A stretch of DNA of 64,000 nt from a virus (lineage: Duplodnaviria; Caudoviricetes), in the IMG/VR virus record IMGVR_UViG_3300028048_003164, positions 1-64,000 of that record, one strand, 5' to 3'. Made by a program: the position numbers and the translations under genes. The notes beneath the pieces were generated by a model. The model did no database searches, was not told where the DNA came from, and saw only the letters and a list, made by a program, of their open reading frames with translations. Below, piece by piece: positions 1 through 10,241 of the stretch. Numbering within the stretch: position 1 is the first letter of the stretch; each line of letters begins with the position of its first letter.

Positions 1-1248
1 ATGCCTGTATTCAAATATGTCATACGACGGAATATAGATGAGCCACAGTCCGTCTATGTCACGGCGCGTTTCGGAAGGAACGATAAACTTATGTATGCAA
101 CGCCTTTGAAGGTGGAGCGTTTCTTTTGGGATTCCGAGAAACAGAGAGTAAAGCAAAGTATGTACTGTCCTTATAGGGACAGCGTCAACTATGCCCTTGA
201 TGGGATAGCCGAGGTGCTCAATGGGTATATCGTTGAGACGGCACATTCGGGGGGATTGGTCACCAAGGAGAGCATGAGGGAGGTGCTCGATATCCATTTC
301 GGAAAGGCGAGGCCAAAGGCCGGGACGTTCCATGACTTTTTCCAGGAATTTATCGAGGCTAACGAGTCACGCATCAACAGTCGGCGGGGCGGGCAGACAA
401 TAACGTATAGGACGAAAAGGAGATATATTTGCACGTTGGAATATATAAAGGAGTACGAGGACAAGGACAAGAGGATTCTCAATTTCGAGGATATTGACAC
501 AACCTTTTTTGATTCTTTCGTATCGTTCCTGCAATCCAAACGTCTCGCCACAAACACCATTGCCAACAAGGTATCCGATGTAAAGGCCGTCATGGGTGCT
601 GCATTTGAGAGGGGGCTCACTACCAATGCAAGGTGGAAGACATACAAGAAGGCGACGGAGCAGACCGATGCCGTGGCCCTCGACGAAGTGGAGCTCGAGC
701 GGATACGCAGGTGTAACCTATCGAGGCACCCGCGACTTGCGAGGATAAGAGACCTCTTCCTTATGGAGTGCTGGACAGGACTGCGTTTTTCCGATATCAT
801 GAGTCTTTGTGAGGAGAATATAAAGGAGGACGTCATCGTCATCCGCCAGCAGAAGACTAACAATTACGTCACCGTTCCCATCCATCCCGTTTTCAGGGAG
901 ATATGGGAGAGGTACGGCGGAGTTCCCATCCGTATAAGCAACCAGAAGTTCAACAGGCGCATAAAGGAGGTCTGCAAGGCGGCGCGTATAAATGCAAGAG
1001 TCATTATATCCGTCACCAGAGGCGGGAAAAGGGAAACGGCGAGATACCGCAAGTGGATGCTTGTCTCATCTCACACGGGCAGGCGGTCATTCGCGACAAA
1101 CCTTTACAAGTCCGGTTTCCCCTCCATAAGTATCATGAGCATCACGGGGCATAGGACGGAGTCTGCCTTCCTTAAATATATTAAGGTGGGCAGGGATGAA
1201 CACGCAAGGATGCTTGCGGAACACTGGAAAGCAAAAAAGAATGAATAA
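1..1248 (+). CDS. int: Tyrosine integrase
   Basis: Catalytic motifs GLRFSD, SHTGRR, TGH, LKYIK; 415 aa. Confidence 0.95.
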   Translation: MPVFKYVIRRNIDEPQSVYVTARFGRNDKLMYATPLKVERFFWDSEKQRVKQSMYCPYRDSVNYALDGIAEVLNGYIVETAHSGGLVTKESMREVLDIHFGKARPKAGTFHDFFQEFIEANESRINSRRGGQTITYRTKRRYICTLEYIKEYEDKDKRILNFEDIDTTFFDSFVSFLQSKRLATNTIANKVSDVKAVMGAAFERGLTTNARWKTYKKATEQTDAVALDEVELERIRRCNLSRHPRLARIRDLFLMECWTGLRFSDIMSLCEENIKEDVIVIRQQKTNNYVTVPIHPVFREIWERYGGVPIRISNQKFNRRIKEVCKAARINARVIISVTRGGKRETARYRKWMLVSSHTGRRSFATNLYKSGFPSISIMSITGHRTESAFLKYIKVGRDEHARMLAEHWKAKKNE

Positions 1249-1340
1249 AGTATTTGGTGACAAGATATATTTCATTAAAATATGCAAAATATCCGTCTTG
1301 TTATTTCATATATTCGATATTATTTGTACCTTTGTATCGG

Positions 1341-1610
1341 ATGGATAATGCTGTTCTTATACAAGGGGCTACGCTTTCCGACATTGAGCGTATGATTAAC
1401 AAGGCGGTCGAGAGCCGTCTTGCAGATTTTTATTCTTCATTGCAGAAGAAAGAGCCTGTGCTCATAAAGAGGAAGGATGCCGCCGCCTTCCTTGGCATAT
1501 CCCTGCCTACGCTTGATGCCTATGGACGATGCGGCATCCTCCACCCTCGCCACATAGGGGGTAGGGTATTCTTCAGCGAAGAGGAGCTGATGTCAGTAAA
1601 GCGCGGGTGA
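1341..1610 (+). CDS. Excisionase-like HTH protein
   Basis: RKDAAAFLGISLPTL...IGGRVFF pattern; ATG follows TACCTTTG at 1327-1334. Confidence 0.8.
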   Translation: MDNAVLIQGATLSDIERMINKAVESRLADFYSSLQKKEPVLIKRKDAAAFLGISLPTLDAYGRCGILHPRHIGGRVFFSEEELMSVKRG

Positions 1611-1874
1611 GCCTTTGACGAACATCTCCCCGTTCCCGAGCAGAAGCCATTCGCATGAAACTCCATAGTCCTGCGCCAAGAAGGCGAGGTGCTCCGTCCT
1701 TATGGAACATCTGTCACGGTTGTTCTTCGTCGTGTTCATGTTGCCGTAATTTATCCCGTGCCTTTTCGTAAACGTCTGCAACCCTCTTATCACGTTCCTT
1801 TCTTTTAGGATTTCCAGCGCATAGAAGAACCTGTCCGCTATTGCCAGTTCCACGTCTCCGATTGTCCTGCTCAT
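1593..1874 (-). CDS. XRE-like HTH regulator
   Basis: C-terminal YGVSCEWLLLGNGEMF typical of Bacteroidetes phage repressors. Confidence 0.75.
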   Translation of the reverse strand: MSRTIGDVELAIADRFFYALEILKERNVIRGLQTFTKRHGINYGNMNTTKNNRDRCSIRTEHLAFLAQDYGVSCEWLLLGNGEMFVKGSPALY

Positions 1875-2266
1875 AGTTTGTCTGTTAGCTTTTCAAGGAT
1901 GGCGAGCATCCTGTCTGTCTGTTCCGTAAGTTTCTTCGTAAGACTCGCAATCGTGCCTGACTGCTCGTTCACAATCTTCAGTATCAGCCTGTCATTCTTT
2001 ATGACGCCGTTGTTCTGAAATCCGTCATCATTAACGTTCCCATTGTTAATGATGTTGATTTCCTTCTCTTCCTCTATAAAGAAGGAAGACACCTCCTCTT
2101 CTCCGTATTTCTCAAAAAGAGTCATGCGCTGCGGATAGGTGAGCTCGATTCCACCTTCCTTCAGCTCTGCCCTCGATACGGTTGACTGTGTCAGGCCGAG
2201 CAAGTCTGCCATGTCCGATTGGAACAACCCGTGTGCCTGTCTAAAATCCTTCAGTCTGAACTTCAT
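1871..2266 (-). CDS. CI-like XRE HTH repressor
   Basis: LKDFRQAHGLFQSDMADLLGLTQSTVSRAE HTH; divergent from 2397. Confidence 0.8.
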   Translation of the reverse strand: MKFRLKDFRQAHGLFQSDMADLLGLTQSTVSRAELKEGGIELTYPQRMTLFEKYGEEEVSSFFIEEEKEINIINNGNVNDDGFQNNGVIKNDRLILKIVNEQSGTIASLTKKLTEQTDRMLAILEKLTDKL

Positions 2267-2396
2267 AAAGTATTTATTTACTAAATATATTTAAAATATG
2301 ATGTCAAATTTGCGTATTTTGCATATTCTTCATATCTTTGCATAAAAGTATTTATTCTTTAATACAAAGATAATAAAAAAGTAATAATAACAAAAC
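2267..2396. promoter_or_regulatory. Divergent lysis/lysogeny switch region
   Basis: AT-rich; TATCTTTG at 2333-2340 (+); quasi-palindrome at 2271-2287. Confidence 0.7.
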
Positions 2397-2624
2397 ATGG
2401 AAGCAAAAAAAAATGAGAAATTGACCCTAAATGGTTATTATGAGAGCCTTCCTATGAGGACTGCTCCGAGAAAAGAGTTCTTAAAGCGTGTCTCCGAGAG
2501 GTGTTCCGTATCTGAGCAGACTGCCCGTAACTGGTGCATATATGGAATGCGTCCGCAGAATTTTATGCATGTGAAGGCACTATCCGAGTTGACGGGCATA
2601 AAAATTGAGGATTTATGGAAGTGA
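2397..2624 (+). CDS. Cro-like regulator
   Basis: Small HTH-like protein (CSVSEQTARNW) opposite the repressor. Confidence 0.7.
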   Translation: MEAKKNEKLTLNGYYESLPMRTAPRKEFLKRVSERCSVSEQTARNWCIYGMRPQNFMHVKALSELTGIKIEDLWK

Positions 2625-3157
2625 TGGAGTTTTTCATAAGCGGTGACGAGGTATTCTATCTGTCGGAGAATGGTCTTCAGTCTCTTGTGGAAGGCTCACC
2701 CGTCGTGCCGTTGATGATAGAGCGGATAAGGGAACTATATCCACAGGCTTATAGGGCGATGTGCCAGTGCTACGAGAAATCGAAGGCTAACAGACCTTAT
2801 TTTCAGTTCCTCATCGTACGGAGGTTCTGCAAGTGCAACTTCGGCAACCTTGACCATACGAAACGGGACGTGACGAGCGGGGTCTTCAACATAGAGCGTG
2901 TCTCATGTCCCCTACAAGGGGAGTGCGCCTATGAGGGAATCATATGTATGCCGAAGATGGACTCACGCCTTAGCGATGCGGAGAAGAGGGTGATGAAACT
3001 CGTCTGTGACGGAAGGAGCAATACGGAGATAGCGGAGGCACTCTACCTTTCCCCGAATACGGTCAAGAGACACATATCCTCTGCATATATAAAGACGAAC
3101 TCACGGAACAGGGCGGATTTCGTCAAGTATGCGAAAGACCATAATCTTTTCTGCTAA
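2615..3157 (+). CDS. LuxR-type HTH regulator
   Basis: LSDAEKRVMKLV...SNTEIAEALYLSPNTVKRH. Confidence 0.85.
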   Translation: MEVMEFFISGDEVFYLSENGLQSLVEGSPVVPLMIERIRELYPQAYRAMCQCYEKSKANRPYFQFLIVRRFCKCNFGNLDHTKRDVTSGVFNIERVSCPLQGECAYEGIICMPKMDSRLSDAEKRVMKLVCDGRSNTEIAEALYLSPNTVKRHISSAYIKTNSRNRADFVKYAKDHNLFC

Positions 3158-3248
3158 ACTATGCAAATATATTTGGTAAATAAATAGAATATTCGTATCT
3201 TTGTATCGACAATAACTATTAGTTTTATCCTTTAAAAGTAAAGTTTTT

Positions 3249-4199
3249 ATGAGTAATTCATTATTCCGCAACCCGAGTGAGTTGCAAGTGAGCCACACTA
3301 TTAAGGCTCTTATCTACGGAGACCCCGGAACGGGAAAGAGCACGCTTGCCCTTTCTGCCCCCACACCGTTGCTCCTTGATTTCGATGGTGGAGTTCAGCG
3401 AGTCAACGGAGCTTTCCAGTGCCCCACATTGCAGGTGGAGAATTGGGAACAGGTGAACGAAGCCCTCAAGGAGATTGAAAGCGGCTCTGTTCCCTGCAAG
3501 ACCATCGTTATCGATACGGCAGGCAAGATGCTTGATTATATGAGTGCTGCCATAATCAAGGAGAACAGCCGATATGGGAAGGCAGACGGTTCTTTGACCT
3601 TGCAGGGCTACGGTGTCCGCAAGTCGATGTTTATCAATTTCCTCAAACGAGTGAGCATTATGGGAAAGCACGTTGTTTTTGTAGCCCACATGAAGGAGGA
3701 GAAGGATGGTGACACCCGTCTTATCCGTCCGGAAATCGGAGGTTCTTCCGCAGGTGATCTTATCAAGGAGTTAGACCTTGTTGGTTACATGAGTAAAATT
3801 GGCAAGGATAGGGTGGTGTATTGGAGCGGAGACGAGCGTTTCTATGCCAAGAACACCTGCAACCTTCCTCCAGCGCACAAGGTTCTGACCATTATAGATG
3901 AGAATGGTATGGTGACAGGTGAGAATAACTTCCTTTCCCTTGTCTTCGCACAGTATGAGCGTGACCTTCAGAACACTGCAAGCATCCGTCAGAAGTACGA
4001 TAAGCTGATTGATTCATTCGGCAAGGGTATCGCTGCCGTGAAGGATGCCGACACCGCCAACGAGGTGTTCGGAAAGATTGAGGCATATACCAATCACGTG
4101 TGGGACTCAAAGGTGCGCACGGAGAAACTTCTTGCCGCCAAGGCTGCGGAATTAAAGCTTAAGTTCGACGCTATCAATAATAAATACGAGGTGGCATGA
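3249..4199 (+). CDS. AAA ATPase, Sak4-like recombinase
   Basis: GDPGTGKS Walker A, LDFDGG, IVIDT; followed by nuclease and SSB. Confidence 0.85.
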   Translation: MSNSLFRNPSELQVSHTIKALIYGDPGTGKSTLALSAPTPLLLDFDGGVQRVNGAFQCPTLQVENWEQVNEALKEIESGSVPCKTIVIDTAGKMLDYMSAAIIKENSRYGKADGSLTLQGYGVRKSMFINFLKRVSIMGKHVVFVAHMKEEKDGDTRLIRPEIGGSSAGDLIKELDLVGYMSKIGKDRVVYWSGDERFYAKNTCNLPPAHKVLTIIDENGMVTGENNFLSLVFAQYERDLQNTASIRQKYDKLIDSFGKGIAAVKDADTANEVFGKIEAYTNHVWDSKVRTEKLLAAKAAELKLKFDAINNKYEVA

Positions 4200-5068
4200 G
4201 TGAGTACAGTTTCAAGTTCTCACCGAGCCTGCTCGATTCCTTTCAGTCGTACCTTGACTGCGAGGCCAACTACGAGAAGTTCTTCGGGCATTCCGAAGAA
4301 CCATCGTTGACCTATGCCGAGTATGAGGAGCAGAAGTTCAAGGAGCTTATTGACAAAATCAACCGAGTTCCCTTTGAGAGTGAGGCTGCGAGCCGTGGGT
4401 CTTGTCTGAACGAGATTGTGGACTGCATCATCATGAAGACCCAGAGCACCCGTGATGATATTACGGTCAAGACTCTCAGTTCCTTTGAGAAACTATGTGA
4501 GATGGGTGCGTGGGATAACGTGGAAAATAAGCCACTTGCTTATGAGCGGTGGTTTGAGACCATCAAGCAGCCGTGTATATGGGCTAAGAATGGTGACTTT
4601 GAGTTCTATTTCGACATCTCCTTCTGCAAGAACATTGCCGAATATTTCAAGGATTCCCTCTGTCAGATATACACCGAGGCACCCATTGATACCAGGTACG
4701 GAAAGGTTCTGCTTTACGGCTATCCAGACTATGTGCGTGGAAATATGGTGTACGACCTTAAGACTACGAGCAAGTACGAGTTCGGAAAATACTCAAAGTA
4801 TTGGCAGCAGCACCTCTATCCTTACACTCTCATACAGAGCGGAAAGATGACTGAGGTACAGGCGTTTGAGTTCACCGCCTTTGCGATGAAGGGCGGCACG
4901 AAACGTTCCCCCTTGCTTTGTGGTGATATGTACCCCGAGGTGTACGTGTATGACCATGAGCGTTCTACGGGAATCCTTAGACGGATTGCGGAGCAGTTCG
5001 CAGAGTTCCTAATCAATAACAGACACCTCATTACCGATAAAAAGATATTCGGTGGTGAGAAGAAATAA
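4196..5068 (+). CDS. PD-(D/E)XK nuclease-like protein
   Basis: GYPDY...YDLKTT...QQHLY motifs. Confidence 0.7.
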   Translation: MSEYSFKFSPSLLDSFQSYLDCEANYEKFFGHSEEPSLTYAEYEEQKFKELIDKINRVPFESEAASRGSCLNEIVDCIIMKTQSTRDDITVKTLSSFEKLCEMGAWDNVENKPLAYERWFETIKQPCIWAKNGDFEFYFDISFCKNIAEYFKDSLCQIYTEAPIDTRYGKVLLYGYPDYVRGNMVYDLKTTSKYEFGKYSKYWQQHLYPYTLIQSGKMTEVQAFEFTAFAMKGGTKRSPLLCGDMYPEVYVYDHERSTGILRRIAEQFAEFLINNRHLITDKKIFGGEKK

Positions 5069-5096
5069 AATTTTTGTAGACTATAAAAAAAAGAAT

Positions 5097-5606
5097 ATGC
5101 CGAATACAGTAACAGGCCGGATACTAAAGGTAGGACAGACGGTCAACGTATCAAAAAACGAGAAAGAGTTCCTTAAGAGGGAATTGGTGTTGGATTGCTC
5201 CCGCTACGATGAGTTTACGGGTGAGAAACGAGAGAACTACGTTTCGCTATCCTTTACGCAGAAACGCTGTGAGGAACTGAACGGATTGCAGCAGGGTGAG
5301 CTCGTAGAGGTTTCCTTTATGCTTAACGGAAGGAAATATGAAAAGGACGGGCAGACACGCTATATCACGGATATTGTGGGATATAAGGTCGAGCGTAAGG
5401 AGAGCAGACAGAATATTTCCGCACCGCAGGCAATGGCGCTGCCTCCGCAGGCACCGCAGCCACCGCAGCCTCAATATGCCCCTCAGTACCAAGCGCAGCC
5501 TCAATATGCCCCTCAGTACCAAGCGCAGCAGCCGTATGCGCAGCAGTTCCCACCGCAGGTGAACAGCCAAGGTCAGCCAACGGGCGGCAACGACCTGCCA
5601 TTCTAA
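5097..5606 (+). CDS. DUF3127 family SSB-like protein
   Basis: OB-fold-like N-terminus, Q/P-rich linker, DLPF tail. Confidence 0.85.
   Translation: MPNTVTGRILKVGQTVNVSKNEKEFLKRELVLDCSRYDEFTGEKRENYVSLSFTQKRCEELNGLQQGELVEVSFMLNGRKYEKDGQTRYITDIVGYKVERKESRQNISAPQAMALPPQAPQPPQPQYAPQYQAQPQYAPQYQAQQPYAQQFPPQVNSQGQPTGGNDLPF
5464..5529 (+). repeat. 30-bp tandem repeat, about 2.2 copies (QPQYAPQYQA)
   Basis: cgcagcctcaatatgcccctcagtaccaag duplicated in the SSB linker. Confidence 0.9.
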
Positions 5607-5648
5607 AAAAAAGACGGTCAGTCCCGTAAGGTCGGGGCTGACCATTTA
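5604..5648. terminator. Hairpin after SSB
   Basis: ggtcagtccc/ggggctgacc stem with a 5' A-run. Confidence 0.55.
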
Positions 5649-5662
5649 ATACCTTTCCGATT

Positions 5663-5896
5663 ATGAAAGAAAAAAAGAATAGTCAGAAGCACTACATACT
5701 TAACCACCTGCGGAAGTACGGGTCTATCAATCCGATGACAGCCTTGCGGGAGTATGGTGTTTTTAGATTGTCGGCTCGTATAAAAGATTTACGTGATGAC
5801 GGTTTTACCATAAAGACAAAACGGGTTGAAAGCCGCAGTTCTTTGACGGGAAATTTTACATCTTATGCACAATATTTTTTAGTGACAGAAGTATGA
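5663..5896 (+). CDS. Small winged-HTH protein
   Basis: ILNHL..GSINPMTALREYGVFRLSARIKDLR. Confidence 0.8.
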   Translation: MKEKKNSQKHYILNHLRKYGSINPMTALREYGVFRLSARIKDLRDDGFTIKTKRVESRSSLTGNFTSYAQYFLVTEV

Positions 5897-6753
5897 ATGA
5901 AGAAATTTGGAAGCCAATAAAAGGTTATGAAGGTTATTATGAAGTGTCAAATTTCGGTAATATTCGTAGTATTGATAGATTGGTGCCTTTTCTGCATTAT
6001 TCAGTGCATCGAAAAGGCAGGATGATGCGTTTGCATACACACAGAAAAGGCTACTTGGAGGTGCATCTATGCAAGAATGGAAAAGAAAGAATCTTTAAAG
6101 TTCATCGACTTGTTGCCCTTGCGTTTATTCCAAATCCTTTGAAATTGCCGCAAATAAACCACAAAGATGAGAACCCTGCAAACAACAGTGTGGATAACTT
6201 GGAGTGGTGTGATAATTCATATAACATAAATTATGGAGAACGAAACAAGAGACTCTCAGAAAAAGTTGGAAAAAAAATCTATCAATACAAATCAAACGGT
6301 ACATTAGTAGGAAGTTACAGTTCTATAAGGGCCGCTGCTTTAAAAACGGGCTTAAAATATTCATCTATTAGAAGTGCCGCATTAGGGATAGGTCACAGCA
6401 AATCTGCTGGAGGATATATATGGGTGCTTTCAACGGATTTTAACAATCTGGACTGCAAACTGGAAGAGTATAAAGTTAGCCGTTCAAAACAATATAAGCC
6501 TTTGCTTTGTAAAGATAGTTGTGGAAACGTAATTGGTTTTTATAAATCATTAAGTGAAGCTCACAGAGCCACTGGATTAGCAAAATCGACCATAATGCGC
6601 TATGTTCATAGTAAAGTAAAAAGCCCTTGTGGGTTTTGGGAACACGCAGACTTGCGAGAGGAAGGTTATAACATCGTGACGGAGCGCACGGAGAGTGTCA
6701 GCCCCCTGACGGGAAACCACGTCAGCTACGCCACATACAGACTCATTGAATAG
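5893..6753 (+). CDS. NUMOD4-HNH-NUMOD1 homing endonuclease
   Basis: EIWKPIKGYEGYYEVSNFG; VHRLVA...INHKDENPANNSVDNLEW. Confidence 0.92.
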   Translation: MNEEIWKPIKGYEGYYEVSNFGNIRSIDRLVPFLHYSVHRKGRMMRLHTHRKGYLEVHLCKNGKERIFKVHRLVALAFIPNPLKLPQINHKDENPANNSVDNLEWCDNSYNINYGERNKRLSEKVGKKIYQYKSNGTLVGSYSSIRAAALKTGLKYSSIRSAALGIGHSKSAGGYIWVLSTDFNNLDCKLEEYKVSRSKQYKPLLCKDSCGNVIGFYKSLSEAHRATGLAKSTIMRYVHSKVKSPCGFWEHADLREEGYNIVTERTESVSPLTGNHVSYATYRLIE

Positions 6754-6756
6754 CGT

Positions 6757-7194
6757 ATGATATTAGATTTGTCAAAAGACGGTGAGCGCAGCAAGTTCCG
6801 TTCTTACTGCGAGTATCTTCTAAAGCGGCAAGTGCCCGTGGAGGTAAAGGAACGCAAGCATCAGCGGTCACTGAGCCAGAACTCCTATCTTCATGTCGTT
6901 CTTTCTTATTTTGCCTCGGAGTTCGGCTACGACTTGGAAACGGTAAAGTACGACCTTTTCAAGCGGCAGGTAAATCATGATATCTTCGCAAGGGAAAGGG
7001 CGAACAGGAACGGGATTGTCGTTACCTATATGCGTTCAACCCGTGACCTTGACACAGGCGAAATGTCTACGGCTATAGACCGTTTCCGCAACTGGTCAGC
7101 CGCAGAGGCAGGATTGTATATTCCTTCACCAAATGAATTTGATGCGTTGTTAGAGGCAGAAAAACAAATAGCACTTTATGAGAAATATTTATAA
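6757..7194 (+). CDS. NinB-like protein
   Basis: RSLSQNSYLH and STRDLDTGEMS motifs. Confidence 0.65.
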   Translation: MILDLSKDGERSKFRSYCEYLLKRQVPVEVKERKHQRSLSQNSYLHVVLSYFASEFGYDLETVKYDLFKRQVNHDIFARERANRNGIVVTYMRSTRDLDTGEMSTAIDRFRNWSAAEAGLYIPSPNEFDALLEAEKQIALYEKYL

Positions 7195-7215
7195 TGAAGT
7201 AAAACGACTGATAGA

Positions 7216-7446
7216 ATGATTTATTTAAAACGATTTTTCACGGTAGTGCTTTTCATTCCGAGAGTCTTATTGGCTCTTTGTTCGCTGTTTTTGTTGTGGT
7301 TCTTTGATTTTCTCGCAATTCCCGTTTATTACATAATAACGGGACGGGATTACATCTCGGATTACAGCCCGCTCAGCGTAGAAATTGCCATGTGGCTGTG
7401 CGGATTCGGATTTGAATGGAAAAAAAGAAAACAATTTATAGAATGA
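7216..7446 (+). CDS. Small membrane protein
   Basis: Hydrophobic ORF in operon. Confidence 0.5.
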   Translation: MIYLKRFFTVVLFIPRVLLALCSLFLLWFFDFLAIPVYYIITGRDYISDYSPLSVEIAMWLCGFGFEWKKRKQFIE

Positions 7447-7581
7447 AAGGTTATTTTGAAGGCTACGACGATGGCATAAAGGACACCAAACGGAATATCC
7501 TTGAGACCATTGAGAAGCATCAGCTTGACGAGCCGAGAGATATGCTTGCGGCAATAATTATGTATTGTAAAAACTGAAAGA

Positions 7582-8118
7582 ATGAACATAACAGACCAAA
7601 TGATGCACACTAAGAAGGTGCTCTTCGCAGACCTTGACGGCACGCTTATAGAAACCGTGTCGGGTAACACATTCCCAAGCGGAATATGGGACATGCGTTT
7701 CAAGTTTGAAGTTCTTGATGCTATCAAGAACTACGGCTTTGAAATGCTTGTTATTATCAGTAATCAGGGAGGCATTGAAAGCGGATTTGTCAATGAAATG
7801 CATTTCTGTAAAGGAAAGATGAACTATATTCAGTTCTCACTTGAGGAATACCTTGGCATTCCCGTGGAGTACAACTATTGCAAGAGCAATGACAAGGATA
7901 ATATTTACCGCAAGCCGAGGGTAGGTATGCTTGTAAACGCTTGCTACAAGTATCTGCCCCGTCATGGAGTGATGGCGAGCAAGGAAGAGATGCTGATGAT
8001 TGGAGATGCGTCGGGGCCCATAGGTTGGTCGGATGCAGACCTTAAAACCGCCGAGAACTTCGGTATTGACTATATGGACGTTAATATATTCATTGAAAGT
8101 TATGGGAATCTTGAATAA
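7582..8118 (+). CDS. HAD-IIIA phosphatase (polynucleotide 3'-phosphatase-like)
   Basis: DLDGTL, SNQGGI, RKP..GM, MIGD motifs. Confidence 0.88.
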   Translation: MNITDQMMHTKKVLFADLDGTLIETVSGNTFPSGIWDMRFKFEVLDAIKNYGFEMLVIISNQGGIESGFVNEMHFCKGKMNYIQFSLEEYLGIPVEYNYCKSNDKDNIYRKPRVGMLVNACYKYLPRHGVMASKEEMLMIGDASGPIGWSDADLKTAENFGIDYMDVNIFIESYGNLE

Positions 8119-8364
8119 AATTAAACGGATATGGTATCGGTTGCGCAACGGAGATCCCGTTCGCAAATGCCCCGTATTTCGTGAAGAAGGATGCTCACAT
8201 GTAGACGGAATGCTTTGCAATTTTCCAGAATGCAATACATATCATGAGTATATGGGGCATGAATGGTGTTCGTGCGGAGTATGTACATTCTTTCAGGAAT
8301 GTTGCAGCAAGCAGTTCGGATTAGGATGTTATAAAGGAAAAAATATTTATAAAAACAAAAAATT

Positions 8365-9000
8365 ATGAATCAGAACTTAGAAAACTATTGTCCTCAGAAC
8401 CCGCAGTATGTTCTTGACGACATCGTACGTGAGGAGTTCCCCCTTGAGCTGGACTTCATCAATGCCGTTCATGGTGAGAAGTTAGAGACAAAGCGTGATG
8501 TGATGAAGTTTATCGGCCGAACGTTAACGGCTACGTTCCCGGAAACGGAGTATGTCACCCGTGTGATGGATGACAAAGAGAAAAGCGCTATCCGCGCCGA
8601 GTACTGCCAATTGGTGGAGAACATCCTGCCGGAGCGCAAGCGGCAACTCGAGGAAGCCTTGGAAGAGGCGAAGCGTATGAAGAAGGAGGCAGAGGAGCGT
8701 TATGCATCCGCATTGCAGGAGGTGGCAACGATGGCTGCTGAGGTGAAGCTCGGAACGGTGGAACAGAAGCTGAAAGGCTCGGACACCTTTACCATTGCCA
8801 TCGCAGGCTACTACCTCACCTACACATGGAATGAAGCGAGGAAGGTCTTTGTCCTTGCCAAGGGGTACGAAGTGCCAGACACAAGCGAGATATGGTCATC
8901 GGATGAGAACAACCGTGCGCAGATGCTTGATCTGTTCGGGGTGGAGTTTTCCGAACCGCAGCCGAAGGCACAGATAAAGGACTTTGATGGAGATTTCTGA
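8365..9000 (+). CDS. Hypothetical coiled-coil protein
   Basis: 211-aa ORF in operon. Confidence 0.7.
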   Translation: MNQNLENYCPQNPQYVLDDIVREEFPLELDFINAVHGEKLETKRDVMKFIGRTLTATFPETEYVTRVMDDKEKSAIRAEYCQLVENILPERKRQLEEALEEAKRMKKEAEERYASALQEVATMAAEVKLGTVEQKLKGSDTFTIAIAGYYLTYTWNEARKVFVLAKGYEVPDTSEIWSSDENNRAQMLDLFGVEFSEPQPKAQIKDFDGDF

Positions 9001-9002
9001 CC

Positions 9003-9236
9003 ATGAAAAGACGCAAACCTACCAAGGTCAGGAGACTGAATGACAATGAGGTGGCTCTTGTTGCCGAAATGCAGCAGAAGATTGATTTCTACGAGCGTTT
9101 CATAACCGAGGTGGCTATCATGTGTTTCACAGGCAAAGTACAATTTGTCCTTGAGGATAAGTATTCCTCTGATAACACAGGCATAATTTATAATTTTGTC
9201 AAGGATAGGATAAAACAAGAAGAAAATGCCCACTGA
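9003..9236 (+). CDS. Hypothetical protein
   Basis: Tightly packed ORF. Confidence 0.55.
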   Translation: MKRRKPTKVRRLNDNEVALVAEMQQKIDFYERFITEVAIMCFTGKVQFVLEDKYSSDNTGIIYNFVKDRIKQEENAH

Positions 9237-9429
9237 CCTCTTTTCCGAACAAGGCAAGCGTTGTCCCCATTGCGGGCGAATCCTCGAGCACTGGCAATTC
9301 AATGCTTCGAGGTTCACCCGCGACGGGCTGCAAAGCTATTGCAAGGATTGTCAGAAAGAGTACAAGAAGAAGCATCCAGAAAAAGAATGGAAGCAGAATA
9401 AAAAAGACGAATCGCTAAGTTTATGGTAA
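9226..9429 (+). CDS. Small Zn-finger protein
   Basis: CPHC...DGLQSYCKDC. Confidence 0.65.
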   Translation: MPTDLFSEQGKRCPHCGRILEHWQFNASRFTRDGLQSYCKDCQKEYKKKHPEKEWKQNKKDESLSLW

Positions 9430-9434
9430 ACCAT

Positions 9435-10172
9435 ATGGATACAAATATTATCTTTAACGAGGATTGCATGAATACGCTACAGCGTCTTGAAAGCAATTCC
9501 ATTGACCTTATTGTAACGTCGCCGCCGTACAACAAGAACGCATACGCAACAGACAAGGGCACAAGCGGGTTCTGGTCGGCCATGCGTGGGCGACAGATAG
9601 CCTACGACACCTATTCCGATAATATGCCGCAATAGGCTTATGAGGCATGGCAGAGAAACATTCTAAGTGAGTGCATCCGAGTCCTAAAGCCAACGGGCAG
9701 TATATTCTATAACCACAAGGATATTCTTGTGGACGGCGTTATTATCCCGCCCAAATGGGTGTACGACTTCAGTATTCATCAGCAGATAATATGGAATAGA
9801 GGAAGCAGCTGCGCCAATGACCCACATTATTTCCAGCCTATAACCGAATATATCTACTGGATTGTGAAAGACCCGAAGAACGTCTTCTTCGATAAGTCAC
9901 AGTCCGCCTTCAGACAAAACGTGTGGAACATCAACTTCGAGACGAATACGAAGCATCCCGCACCTTTTCCCAAGCTCCTTGTCGGCAATATCATTAAATG
10001 TTGCAGTAAGGAGGGTGATTTGGTCTATGACCCGTTTATGGGTAGCGGGACGACGGCCTTGATGGCCACAAAGCTGAAACGGAAATATATCGGTTCTGAA
10101 ATATCCGACAATTATTGCAAGATTGCCGAGCAGAGGATATGGGAAGAGACAAGGCAGCTGTCGCTATTTTAA
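9435..10172 (+). pseudogene. N4/N6 DNA methyltransferase (beta class) with one in-frame TAG at 9633-9635
   Basis: TSPPYN before the stop; the same frame continues AYEAWQRNILSECIRVLKPTGS...HPAPFP...DPFMGSGTT. Confidence 0.85.
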
Positions 10173-10241
10173 TTTTTTTTGCAAATAAAGTATTTGATAA
10201 CCAAACATATTTGAGATTTTTTTTGTACCTTTGTATCTTGT

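Noticed and set aside
1-60. Attachment site
   Set aside because: Window starts at the integrase ATG, so flanking DNA is not visible
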